From: an uncultured Methanoregulaceae archaeon
GTDB lineage: Archaea > Halobacteriota > Methanomicrobia > Methanomicrobiales > Methanospirillaceae
DNA length: 64,000 nt
Assembly: GCA_963717525.1 (NCBI GenBank)
Contig: OY970343.1
Coordinates: 1,472,001 to 1,536,000, forward strand
Reading direction: 5' to 3'
The translations under genes and the position numbers were made by a program. The notes below the pieces were generated by a model. The model saw only the letters and a program-made list of their open reading frames with translations, was not told the DNA's origin and ran no database searches. Numbering within the stretch: position 1 is the first letter of the stretch; each line of letters starts with the position of its first letter. Shown here piece after piece: positions 54,785 to 64,000 of this stretch.

Positions 54785-55957
54785 ATGGCATTATTTCCAA
54801 AGTTTTCCAAAAAGAGGGATGGTGTCAACGTTGTGATGGAGCAGCGCCTCCTTCAGAACGTGAACAACCTGATTCTGAATTCAGAGACCTGCACGGGATG
54901 CGGTATCTGTGTCGAGTCCTGTCCGGAGGATGCAATAGTCCTCGGACTTGTCGGTGCAGCCCGCCGCGGTGCCATCAACTACGCGACGCCTATCGATGTT
55001 GACGAGACCAAGTGCTCGTACTGCGGTGTCTGCGTGATCATGTGCCCGTTCAATGCATTGACTCTGAAAGTCGACAATCAGGAGCGGCTTCCCATTATTG
55101 AAAAAGAGGGATTCCCGCAGTATGACATGAAGGCAGAGATCAATGACGAAAAGTGCGTAAAGTGCACGATCTGCGAAGAGGTCTGCCCGCGTGACGCAAT
55201 CGACCGGAATGTCCCCGCATATGCAGGGACGTACAAGGGACCGGTTGCCGGGGCAAAGGATCGCCAGGCCGCGATCACGACAAAGACCACCTTCACCGTC
55301 GACAAGGAGAAATGCTCCCTGTGCGGCATCTGCGGTGCGCTCTGTCCTGCCATCAGGGTCAAGCACAAAGAATTTACTGCCGAAGCAGGGAAAGTTGAGG
55401 GTGATGTGATCTGGGACGAGACCAAGTGCGACGCCTGCAAGGTGTGCGTAGAAGCCTGCCCCGAGGAATGCATTACCATCGAACGCGAAGTCATATCCGA
55501 CAAGGTAGATGGCAAGGTCAGCATTGTCCAGGACAACTGCTGCACATGTACCTGGTGCTCGCGCAACTGCCCGACCGAGGCAATTACCGTTGAGAAGATC
55601 TTCGAAGGCGACATCGAATTCCACGCCGAAAAGTGTCCCGGCGGCTGTTCGACCTGCGCCGATATCTGCCCGGCAAATGCAATCTATCTTCCGAGCGAGA
55701 AGCCGGCAGCAGACATGAAAGGCGAGATCGAGCCCAGCATTGCCGTCAACAAGGACTACTGCATTCTCTGTGGTGCCTGCGTGAATGCCTGCCCCGGTGA
55801 AGATATCATCATCCTCCAGCGGACCGGCATCCGGATGAAAGGAACGGAGACGGACCTCTTCAAGAAGATCAAGGAGAAACTCTTTGCGAAGAGAACCTCG
55901 AAGGTGAAGGAAGGCATTGCCGGACAGGTCGGACTAAAAATGATGGAGAAGGCGTGA
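54785..55957 (+). CDS. fwdF: Polyferredoxin, FwdF/FmdF type
   Basis: Eight CxxCxxCxxxCP-type motifs; lies directly before hdrC. Confidence 0.85.
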   Translation: MALFPKFSKKRDGVNVVMEQRLLQNVNNLILNSETCTGCGICVESCPEDAIVLGLVGAARRGAINYATPIDVDETKCSYCGVCVIMCPFNALTLKVDNQERLPIIEKEGFPQYDMKAEINDEKCVKCTICEEVCPRDAIDRNVPAYAGTYKGPVAGAKDRQAAITTKTTFTVDKEKCSLCGICGALCPAIRVKHKEFTAEAGKVEGDVIWDETKCDACKVCVEACPEECITIEREVISDKVDGKVSIVQDNCCTCTWCSRNCPTEAITVEKIFEGDIEFHAEKCPGGCSTCADICPANAIYLPSEKPAADMKGEIEPSIAVNKDYCILCGACVNACPGEDIIILQRTGIRMKGTETDLFKKIKEKLFAKRTSKVKEGIAGQVGLKMMEKA

Positions 55958-55969
55958 GGGAGGACGAAC

Positions 55970-56551
55970 ATGGCAAGATCAAAAGGTTACCCGGAAGCGC
56001 TGGAGAAAAAACTCCACGATCAGCGGTTTTACCGTGAGGATTCTACACCCGACTTCACAAAAAAGGTCGAGGCATCTTCACGCACCATTGCCCACATGTG
56101 CTACCAGTGCGGTACCTGCACCGGATCGTGCCCGTCAGCACCCCGGAGCACCTACCGCATCCGCAAGTTCATGCGGAGAGCAGTCCTTGGGCTCGAGAAT
56201 GAGGCTCTCACCGATCCCGATCTCTGGCTCTGCACCACCTGTTACAGCTGCACCGACCGGTGCCCGCGTGACATCGCACCCACCGACGTTATTATGTCCA
56301 TGAGGAACATGGCATTCACCCGCGATATCATACCGGTGAACTTCCTCAAGACCGTGCAGGCGATCTACAGCTCCGGCCACGGTGTGCCCAATAACGATGT
56401 CAACCGTGCAGCCCGGGAGAGGCTCGGACTCACCCGCGACCCGCCGACCACCCACATGTATCCTGAATACATGCCGGCGATCAGGAAGATCATCGACCAC
56501 TACAACCTCAAGGCAAATGCCGACAGGATTGTCAAGGAACGGGAGGGATAA
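55970..56551 (+). CDS. hdrC: Heterodisulfide reductase subunit C
   Basis: CYQCGTCTGSCP, LWLCTTCYSCTDRCPR. Confidence 0.96.
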   Translation: MARSKGYPEALEKKLHDQRFYREDSTPDFTKKVEASSRTIAHMCYQCGTCTGSCPSAPRSTYRIRKFMRRAVLGLENEALTDPDLWLCTTCYSCTDRCPRDIAPTDVIMSMRNMAFTRDIIPVNFLKTVQAIYSSGHGVPNNDVNRAARERLGLTRDPPTTHMYPEYMPAIRKIIDHYNLKANADRIVKEREG

Positions 56552-56557
56552 GGGAAC

Positions 56558-57481
56558 ATGTCAGAATCCAAAGCAAACCACACGTTCGCGTTATACCTTG
56601 GCTGCATTGCACCGAACCGGTACCCGGGCGTGGAATCTGCAACCATCAAGGGATGCAAGAAACTGGGCGTTGATCTTGTTCCCCTCAAGGGAGCAAGCTG
56701 CTGCCCGGCCCCCGGTGCATTCGGTTCCATCGACCTGAACGTCTTCTATGCAATGGCAGCACGCAACCTTGTGCTCGCCGAGCAGATGAAGACCGATATC
56801 GCCCTTGTCTGCAACGGCTGCTACAAGTCGATCTGGGAAGTCAACCACAAGCTCAAGCACAACCAGGATCTCCGCGATGGCGTCAACGAAGTACTCAAGG
56901 AAGTTGACATGGAGTTCAAGGGCACCATCAATGTCTATCACGTGGCGGAACTCCTCTATAATGAGAAATTCATAGGGGTCGATAAAGTCAAGGACTCCGT
57001 CGTCAACCCCCTGACCGGTGCACGCATTGCCGTCCACTACGGCTGCCACCTGACTAAGCCCCATAAGGACCGTGAGTTCGAAAAGGAGGTCATGTTAAAC
57101 ACCGAGCACCCGACCTGGATGGAAGAACTGGTCGCAGCCCTCGGTGCCACGCCGGTCGAGTACCGCAACAAGATGCAGTGCTGCGGTGCCGGCGGCGGTG
57201 TCCGCGGGTACGACATCGTCCACTCGCTGGATATAACGAACGAGAAGCTGATCAACCTCAAAGAGGAAAAGGTGGATGCGCTGACCGACATCTGCCCGTT
57301 CTGCCAGCTCCAGTTCGACCGCGGCCAGATCGAGATCAAGGAAAAGTTCGGTGTCGAGTACAACTTACCGGTGCTGCACTTTGCCGAGCTGCTCGGGCTG
57401 GCACAGGGAATGAGCCCGCAGGAACTCGGGCTTGACCTGCACGGGATCAGCTGCGAACCGTTCCTGCAGAAGGTGCTGTGA
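56558..57481 (+). CDS. hdrB: Heterodisulfide reductase subunit B
   Basis: SCCPAPG, CNGC, HYGCH, CCGAGGGVR, CPFCQLQFD. Confidence 0.96.
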   Translation: MSESKANHTFALYLGCIAPNRYPGVESATIKGCKKLGVDLVPLKGASCCPAPGAFGSIDLNVFYAMAARNLVLAEQMKTDIALVCNGCYKSIWEVNHKLKHNQDLRDGVNEVLKEVDMEFKGTINVYHVAELLYNEKFIGVDKVKDSVVNPLTGARIAVHYGCHLTKPHKDREFEKEVMLNTEHPTWMEELVAALGATPVEYRNKMQCCGAGGGVRGYDIVHSLDITNEKLINLKEEKVDALTDICPFCQLQFDRGQIEIKEKFGVEYNLPVLHFAELLGLAQGMSPQELGLDLHGISCEPFLQKVL

Positions 57482-57491
57482 GGTGGGGAAG

Positions 57492-59642
57492 ATGGTTGAA
57501 AAGAAGAAAACAACTACCAAAAAGACCGAGACCAAGAAGCAGGACACAAAAAAGGAGGCTCCCGTGAAACAGGAAGTCAAAAAACAAGCTCCCGCACCGG
57601 CAGCAAAGGCAGTCGCAGCACCCGGCGCCACCACCAAGCAGGAAGCCCGGATCGGTGTCTTCATCTGCCATTGCGGTACCAACATCGCCGGTTCAATGAA
57701 TATCCCGGCCGTGCAGGAATATGCAAAAACCATCCCGAATGTGGCCTATGTTGACAACTACAAGTATATGTGCTCGATGCCCGGGCAGACGGTGATTAAC
57801 AAGGCAATCAAGGACAACAAGCTGACCGGTGTCGTTGTTGCCGCTTGTTCCCCGCGCCTCCACGAGCCGACATTCAGGACCGCCACCAAAGAGGGTGGCC
57901 TCAACCCGTTCCGGTTCGAGATGGCAAACATCCGTGAGCAGAACTCATGGGTGCATATGCATGACAATGCAGGGTCAACCGACAAAGCAAAGGACGCAAT
58001 CAGGATCGCCGTTGCAAAGGCGTCACTCCTCCAGGACCTCTTCCCGAAAACCGTGCCGGTCGAGAAGGCCGCGATGGTAGTCGGAGCCGGTGTTGCCGGC
58101 ATGCAGGCAGCCCTTGACCTTGCAGCATCAGGAATCAAGACCTATCTCATCGAATCAACGCCAAGTATCGGCGGCAGGATGTCCCAGCTCGACAAGACCT
58201 TCCCGACGCTTGACTGTTCCCAGTGTATCCTCACACCGAAGATGGTGGATGTAGGGCGGAGCAAGGATATCGAGCTCCTGACCTATTCCGAAGTCGATAA
58301 CGTGGAAGGCTATATCGGCAACTTCGATGTCACCATCCGCAAGAAAGCGCGTGGTGTCCTCACTCCCGCAGAAGCGGAAGCCCGTGGGATTGTCGGCGGC
58401 GGCTGTAACGGCTGCGGTGACTGCGAGACAATCTGCCCGGTCATCAAGCCCAATGTGTTCGAAGTCGGGATGAAGCCCCGGAAGGCTATTTATATCAACC
58501 ACCCGCAGGTTGTTCCCCTTATCTACACGATTGACTTTGATTCCTGTATCAAGTGTGGACTGTGCGTGACCGCATGTGGTCCCGAAAAGAAGGCAATCGA
58601 CCTCGAATCAAAGGACGAGTTCATGAAAGTCAAAGTCGGGACGGCAATCCTCGCCACCGGCTACGATATCTTCCCCATCGAGAAAAAAGAAGAATGGGGA
58701 TACAAGCGGTTCGAGAACGTTATCACCAGTCTCGAATTCGAGCGGCTCATCTGCGCATCCGGCCCGACCGGCGGTTACCCTGTCCGCCCGAGTGATGGTG
58801 AGAAACCAAAAAGAGTCGCATTCGTGCTCTGTGCCGGCTCTCGTGACAATACGGGTGTCGGCAAACCCTACTGTTCACGGTTCTGCTGCATGTATTCACT
58901 GAAACATGCCCACCAGCTTGTTGAAAAGATGCCCGGCTGCGTTCCCTATATCTTCTACATGGATATCCGGTCATTCGGCAAGGCGTACGAGGAGTTCTAC
59001 TACCGTATCCAGGATGAAGGCGCGAAGTTCATCCGCGGCCGGGTCGCAAACATCCTCGAGGACCCCAAGACCAAGAACCTCCATGTCTATGCCGACGACA
59101 CCCTGCTCGACCGCCCGGTCGATATGGAAGTCGATCTTGTCGTGCTCGCAGCAGCAATCCAGCCCGCGAGCGACACGGAAAGGACACGGAGACTTTTCGG
59201 TGTTTCCTGTACTGGCGACGGCTGGCTCCAGGAAGCCCACCCGAAACTGAACCCATGCGGAACCACCACGGCCGGTGTCTTCCTTGCCGGTGTCTGCCAG
59301 GGCCCGAAGGATATCCCGGACACGGTAGCATCTGCCGAAGGCGCAGCATCTGCGGCAAGCATCCCGATCCACAAGGGAGAAGTCGAACTCGAGCCGTACT
59401 TCGCTACCTGTATAGAAGAGAAATGTGCAGGCTGCGGCATGTGCGTGAACCTCTGCCCCTACAGTGCCCTTTCTCTCGTAGAGAAGGACGGACGACAGGT
59501 CATGCAGGTCACCGAGGCCAAATGTAAGGGCTGTGGTACCTGCGGCGGTTTCTGTCCCGGTGGCGCAATCTGGATGAACCACTTTGCAACCCCGCAGATC
59601 GTTGCCCAGATCGATGCGTTCCTGCTCGGGGGTGAGCAGTAA
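57492..59642 (+). CDS. hdrA: Heterodisulfide reductase subunit A
   Basis: CHCGTNI, GAGVAG, KTFPTLDC, YCSRFCCMY, GPKDIP, ferredoxin inserts. Confidence 0.97.
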   Translation: MVEKKKTTTKKTETKKQDTKKEAPVKQEVKKQAPAPAAKAVAAPGATTKQEARIGVFICHCGTNIAGSMNIPAVQEYAKTIPNVAYVDNYKYMCSMPGQTVINKAIKDNKLTGVVVAACSPRLHEPTFRTATKEGGLNPFRFEMANIREQNSWVHMHDNAGSTDKAKDAIRIAVAKASLLQDLFPKTVPVEKAAMVVGAGVAGMQAALDLAASGIKTYLIESTPSIGGRMSQLDKTFPTLDCSQCILTPKMVDVGRSKDIELLTYSEVDNVEGYIGNFDVTIRKKARGVLTPAEAEARGIVGGGCNGCGDCETICPVIKPNVFEVGMKPRKAIYINHPQVVPLIYTIDFDSCIKCGLCVTACGPEKKAIDLESKDEFMKVKVGTAILATGYDIFPIEKKEEWGYKRFENVITSLEFERLICASGPTGGYPVRPSDGEKPKRVAFVLCAGSRDNTGVGKPYCSRFCCMYSLKHAHQLVEKMPGCVPYIFYMDIRSFGKAYEEFYYRIQDEGAKFIRGRVANILEDPKTKNLHVYADDTLLDRPVDMEVDLVVLAAAIQPASDTERTRRLFGVSCTGDGWLQEAHPKLNPCGTTTAGVFLAGVCQGPKDIPDTVASAEGAASAASIPIHKGEVELEPYFATCIEEKCAGCGMCVNLCPYSALSLVEKDGRQVMQVTEAKCKGCGTCGGFCPGGAIWMNHFATPQIVAQIDAFLLGGEQ

Positions 59643-60062
59643 ATGTCTGACGAGTGGAAACCCAAGATCCTCGGCATGGTCTGCAACTGGTGTTCCTATG
59701 CAGGGGCCGACCTCGCCGGCGGCGGTCGTATCCAGTACCCCCCGGACATCAGGATTGTCCGTGTGATGTGCACCGGCCGTCTTGACTCCCTTTTCGTCCT
59801 CAAGGCGTTTGCCGATGGGGCGGATGGAGTCCTCATCTCCGGGTGTCACTTCGGGGACTGCCACTACCTTGAAGGTAACTACAAGGCAGCAAAGAGAATG
59901 TTCATGGTCAAGAGACTCATGAAGAGCATCGGCCTCGACGACCGGCGGTTCCGGATGACGTTTGTCTCTGCATCAGAAGGTGCAAAATGGGCAAAAGTCG
60001 TAACAAACGTCGTTGACACCGTAAAAGAACTCGGGCCGAGCCCGCTTACGGAAAACAAGTGA
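59643..60062 (+). CDS. mvhD: [2Fe-2S] subunit MvhD
   Basis: CNWCSYAGAD, RVMCTGR, GCHFGDCHY. Confidence 0.95.
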   Translation: MSDEWKPKILGMVCNWCSYAGADLAGGGRIQYPPDIRIVRVMCTGRLDSLFVLKAFADGADGVLISGCHFGDCHYLEGNYKAAKRMFMVKRLMKSIGLDDRRFRMTFVSASEGAKWAKVVTNVVDTVKELGPSPLTENK

Positions 60063-60301
60063 CGAACGTTCAACAACCTTTGCAAAAACCCTGTCAAATA
60101 CCAATATTTTTTATAAGAAGCGCACCGGAAAACAGGTGCTTTTCTCATTTTTTGTAAGAAATGATGACACTATTTTAGAGAATCGTCACACTGCGTAAAA
60201 CAAAGAAAGGGCGAATATATGTAATATTTGAACATTCCTTCAATCTTCTGTAATATTTTTAAAGTTCTATAAAACAATCCTCCGAGATGAAATCGGAACG
60301 C

Positions 60302-60308
60302 TTATAAA
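60302..60308 (+). promoter_or_regulatory. Probable TATA box of the mcr operon
   Basis: TTATAAA about 140 bp upstream of mcrB; GGAGG RBS before the ATG. Confidence 0.55.
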
Positions 60309-60367
60309 GGGAAATTGGGAATTATTCAATGTCCCAATCTAGGGGACGTGCAATAGCGACTTTCAAT

Positions 60368-60409
60368 CACTACCAGTGTTCTGTTATCCACCACCAGTGT
60401 TCAGTTACC
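60368..60409 (+). repeat. Two tandem 21-bp direct repeats in the mcr leader
   Basis: cactaccagtgttctgttatc / caccaccagtgttcagttacc (18 of 21 identical). Confidence 0.8.
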
Positions 60410-60448
60410 GTACCGCATAGCATAAAAATCAGATTTGGAGGAATTCAC

Positions 60449-61760
60449 ATGAAACAGAAAGACTCAATCGACCTCTACGACGATGAGGGTAAGCTCTTAA
60501 AGAGCAATGTCACCATTGACAGGATCAGCCCGCTGGTCAACAAGGGTGCACTCAATGTCATCGATCTGACCAAGAGGACAGTAGCAGTCAACCTCGCCGG
60601 TATCGAGGAAGCACTCAAGACCGGTAAGATGGGCGGCAAGTCCAACCAGATCCTCGGCCGCGGCATGAGCTGCAGCTGTGTCAAGGACTGCGACGCACTT
60701 TCAGCCAAGATCAAGGAAATGGTCCAGGTCACCGACGGTGACAACACCAAGATCACCAAGGTCGGCGGCGGAAAGATGATCCTCGTCGAGGTCCCGACTG
60801 CCCGTATGGATGCAGCAGCAACCTATGATGCAGCATCAACAGCGGTTGCAGCAGCCACAACCTACGCACTGGTTGACCAGTACAAGGTCAGCATGTTCGA
60901 CGGTTCCTACGTCAAGAGTGCAGTCTGGGGTACCTACCCGCAGACGATGAGCATGGATGGCGGCAACATCGTCACTATCATGTCCATCCCGCAGAACAAC
61001 GAAGGCCTCGGCTACGCACTCAGGAACATTCCCGCAAACCATGCAGCAATGATGACCCACCGGAATGCCATGCAGGGTGCAGCACTCTGTGCCACCTTTG
61101 AGCAGGCCGGCGAATTCGAGATGGGCGCAGCAATCGGCCCGTTCGAGCGCGCCCAGCTCCTGCTCTACGCATACCAGGGACTCAATGCAAACAACATTGT
61201 CTACGACCTCGTCAAGGCAAACGGCAAGTCCGGTACCATCGGGTCCTGTCGTGCAGAGCCTCGTAGAGCGTGCCATTGAGGACAAAGTCATCAAGGCAGG
61301 CAAGAAAGGCAAGAGCGGCTACATCTTCTACGACACCAAGGACCCGATGCTCTGGAATGCCTACGCATCCGCAGGCACCCTCGCGGCAACCATGGTCAAC
61401 TGTGGTGCAGGACGGTTCGCACAGGCAGTTTCCGCAACCCTGCTCTACTTCAACGATCTGCTCGAGCACGAGACCGGCCTCCCAGGCTCCGACTTCGGTC
61501 GCACGATGGGTGTTGCAGTCGGGTTCTCGTTCTTCAGCCACTCGATTTACGGTGGCGGCGGCCCCGGCGGATTCAACGGTAACCACGTCGTTACCCGGCA
61601 TGCAGCCGGTGTCGGTATGCCCTGTATCGTAGCAGCATGCTGCCTCGATGCAGGTACCCAGATGTTCGGCCCCGAACAGACCTCGAAGATCTACGAAGAC
61701 ACGTTCGGCCAGCTCGACGCATTCAAGAAGCCGATCCAGGCAGTTGCAAAGGGTATTTAA
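60449..61760 (+). CDS. mcrB: Methyl-coenzyme M reductase beta subunit (apparent frameshift near 61245)
   Basis: [33 protein letters not shown]. Confidence 0.96.
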
Positions 61761-61778
61761 ACCCCCTAAAGGATTCAA

Positions 61779-62249
61779 ATGACCGAAGCCACGTTCCCCC
61801 AGTGCAGGATTGTCACTGCACGGCTGCTTAACCCCGAGACGACAGAGCGCCTGCTGAACAAAGTTGTCAGCGTCGCAGGAGTACGGCGGATGGTTCTTAA
61901 CGGACCCCGCCTTCCCGCAACAATTACCTACGGACCCGCCAAAGGACTCGCCAATCCCCATGTGATGAGGAAGGCGATCCACGTCGGCGACCAGGAAGTG
62001 GACCTGCAGGTTCATGTAGGCACTGTCGTGCTCGAACTCGAGAGCCGTGATGTGATCCCCGTACTGAAGGCCGCGATCGAACCGGTTTTTACCGACTTTT
62101 CTTTCTATATCCAGGAAGGCAGGTATATGAAGACCGAGCCATCGCTTGTTGATTATTGCAAGTATGGCCCGAACGCGGACAAATCGATGCTCGGACTGGC
62201 TGATCCAAGCAGCAAGTCCAGACCCGTAATCATCCAGGGAAATAAATAA
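61779..62249 (+). CDS. mcrD: MCR operon protein D
   Basis: RLLNPETTE, YGPAKG, DYCKYG; operon position. Confidence 0.93.
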   Translation: MTEATFPQCRIVTARLLNPETTERLLNKVVSVAGVRRMVLNGPRLPATITYGPAKGLANPHVMRKAIHVGDQEVDLQVHVGTVVLELESRDVIPVLKAAIEPVFTDFSFYIQEGRYMKTEPSLVDYCKYGPNADKSMLGLADPSSKSRPVIIQGNK

Positions 62250-62872
62250 TGCCGATAGGACGAGTAACCCAGGTTGTTGACTGCCGCGAGGCGATGGGCA
62301 TGGGTAAAGGAGGCGGGATTGCCCAGAGGGGCACCATCTCCGAATGCCGGTACCCGGACGTGATCGTGGTCGGAATGTCACCAGGACGCCGCCACGTCAC
62401 AAAGCCGGTGTGCGACATCACCTCGGGGCTGCGACAACAGGGCGTCGAATACAGCATCAGTACTCTTGTATTGAACGCCGGCAGCGGCGTCCCCCCGGAC
62501 GCCCCCAATATTGCCGGCGGCGTCATCGGCGCCTATTTCGGGCTTACTGACAAGGAGGTTGCGCAGATTGAGAGACACAAGGTCGCCATACTTCACCATG
62601 GGAATGTCCGATCCCATGTGGTGCACAAGGTCCGGTTTATTCTCCAGGCCTGTGACGTGAAGGCAGTTGTCGTCTCCCAGTCCCCGATTGATTATGAGGA
62701 TCTCGCAAAGGAGGGAGTGAAGACTGCGTTCGTGATGCCCCCGGCCGACAAGATCCGTACGAAAGGTACGGTGATGGCGATCGTGAACGGCGTGACCCGT
62801 GGTCAGACCCCCACGCGCGAGAAGATGGCGGAAGTCATTTCATCAGTGATGAGAATCGTGAAAAAAAAGTAA
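62249..62872 (+). CDS. mcrC: MCR operon protein C
   Basis: QVVDCR, GGGIAQRGT, RRHVTKPVC. Confidence 0.95.
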   Translation: MPIGRVTQVVDCREAMGMGKGGGIAQRGTISECRYPDVIVVGMSPGRRHVTKPVCDITSGLRQQGVEYSISTLVLNAGSGVPPDAPNIAGGVIGAYFGLTDKEVAQIERHKVAILHHGNVRSHVVHKVRFILQACDVKAVVVSQSPIDYEDLAKEGVKTAFVMPPADKIRTKGTVMAIVNGVTRGQTPTREKMAEVISSVMRIVKKK

Positions 62873-62890
62873 CATTGGAGTGATAAAACA

Positions 62891-63658
62891 ATGGCATACA
62901 AACCCCAGTTCGGTCCCGGCCAGACGCATATCGCCGAGAACAGGCGCAAGCAGATGGACCCGGACCACAAGCTGGAAAAGCTTCGCGATGTAACGGACAA
63001 GGACATCGTCCTCGTCATGGGACACCGTGCACCCGGCTCCGCATACAAGAGTGCACACCCGCCGCTCGCCGAGCAGCAGGAACCAGCCTGCCCGATCCGC
63101 AAGCTCGTGACCCCGACCGACGGCGCAAAGGCCGGCGACCGCGTCCGCTACATCCAGTTTACCGACTCGATGTACAATGCCCCCTGCCAGCCCTACCAGA
63201 GAAGCTACCTCGAGGCATACCGCTTCCGCGGCATTGACCCGGGTACGCTGTCAGGCCGTCAGATCATCGAATGCCGTGAGAGAGATCTCGAAAAGTATGC
63301 AAAGGAACTCGTCAACACCGAGCTCTTCGATGCAGCACTCACCGGCATCCGCGGCTGTACCGTGCATGGACACTCCCTCCGTCTCGACGAGAACGGGATG
63401 ATGTTCGATATGCTCCAGCGCTTTGTCATCGACAAGAAGTCGGGCATGATCAAGTACGTCAAGGACCAGGTCGGCGTTCCCCTCGACTCCGAAGTCAAGG
63501 TAGGAAAAGCAGCTGACGAGAAGTGGCTCAAGGCGCACACCACCATGTTCCACTCCGTAGCAGGGACCGGATTCCGCGATGACGCAGAATACGTAGAATA
63601 TATCCAGCGCATTCACACGCTGAGGACCAAATACGGCTTCATGCCCAAGGAGGCGTAA
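62891..63658 (+). CDS. mcrG: Methyl-coenzyme M reductase gamma subunit
   Basis: [22 protein letters not shown]. Confidence 0.97.
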   Translation: MAYKPQFGPGQTHIAENRRKQMDPDHKLEKLRDVTDKDIVLVMGHRAPGSAYKSAHPPLAEQQEPACPIRKLVTPTDGAKAGDRVRYIQFTDSMYNAPCQPYQRSYLEAYRFRGIDPGTLSGRQIIECRERDLEKYAKELVNTELFDAALTGIRGCTVHGHSLRLDENGMMFDMLQRFVIDKKSGMIKYVKDQVGVPLDSEVKVGKAADEKWLKAHTTMFHSVAGTGFRDDAEYVEYIQRIHTLRTKYGFMPKEA

Positions 63659-63660
63659 TC

Positions 63661-64000
63661 ATGGCAAAGGCAAAAATCGAAAGGACCCAGAAGCTCTTCC
63701 TGAAGGCAATGAAGGAGAAGTTCGGTGCAGACCCGGAGGCAATGTCCACCGTATTCGAGCGCAAGGGTCTCGAGCAGTCCGCACGTAAAGTCGAGTTCAT
63801 GAAGGCCGGCAAGAAGGCCGAGATGGAACGCGGCATCTCCATGTACGACCCCAAGCGCTGCCACTGCGGCGGTATCCCGCTCGGCCAGCGCCAGCTGACA
63901 CCCTATGAAGTCAGCACCACGGGCGTATTCGTCGAAGGCGACGACCTGCACTTCGTGAACAACGCTGCGATGCAGCAGATGTGGGACGACATCCGCAGGA
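63661..64000 (+). CDS. mcrA: Methyl-coenzyme M reductase alpha subunit, truncated by the window end
   Basis: Translates [21 protein letters not shown]...PLGQRQL...[21 protein letters not shown]. Confidence 0.97.
   Translation, partial: MAKAKIERTQKLFLKAMKEKFGADPEAMSTVFERKGLEQSARKVEFMKAGKKAEMERGISMYDPKRCHCGGIPLGQRQLTPYEVSTTGVFVEGDDLHFVNNAAMQQMWDDIRR

Noticed and set aside
55970..60062. Selenocysteine or pyrrolysine recoding in hdr/mvhD
   Set aside because: The ORFs are uninterrupted and use Cys codons
61230..61280. mcrB pseudogene or programmed frameshift
   Set aside because: Essential gene, no slippery sequence, and the same indel pattern occurs throughout the window

Overview
Chromosomal segment of a hydrogenotrophic methanogen. 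Gene content and protein style suggest Methanomicrobiales (Methanoregula-like); this is an inference. The left ~44 kb is mixed accessory and housekeeping DNA: transporters, a DEAD-box helicase, a PAS sensor kinase, a repeat-rich PKD/IPT surface protein, a TerY-P (vWA/PP2C/kinase) triad, a CARF-like wHTH regulator, nre-dinB, aIF-1A, an AguB-AguA fusion and an RNase III-domain gene. The right ~20 kb is a methanogenesis supercluster. It contains a minus-strand operon with overlapping genes (2x marker-11/TiaS-like, radical SAM, stand-alone ThDP enzyme, aksA-aksD-aksE, unknown gene, aksF) and ftr. Divergently transcribed are fwdG-like, fwdF, hdrCBA, mvhD and mcrBDCGA (mcrA runs off the window). The best lead is that the uncharacterised genes co-transcribed with aksADEF could supply the unassigned late steps of coenzyme B biosynthesis. 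More than a dozen genes, including the essential mcrB, carry single-base frameshifts that are most likely sequencing or assembly errors. No rRNA, tRNA, CRISPR array or transposase was recognised. All calls come from motif recognition by eye, with no database searches.
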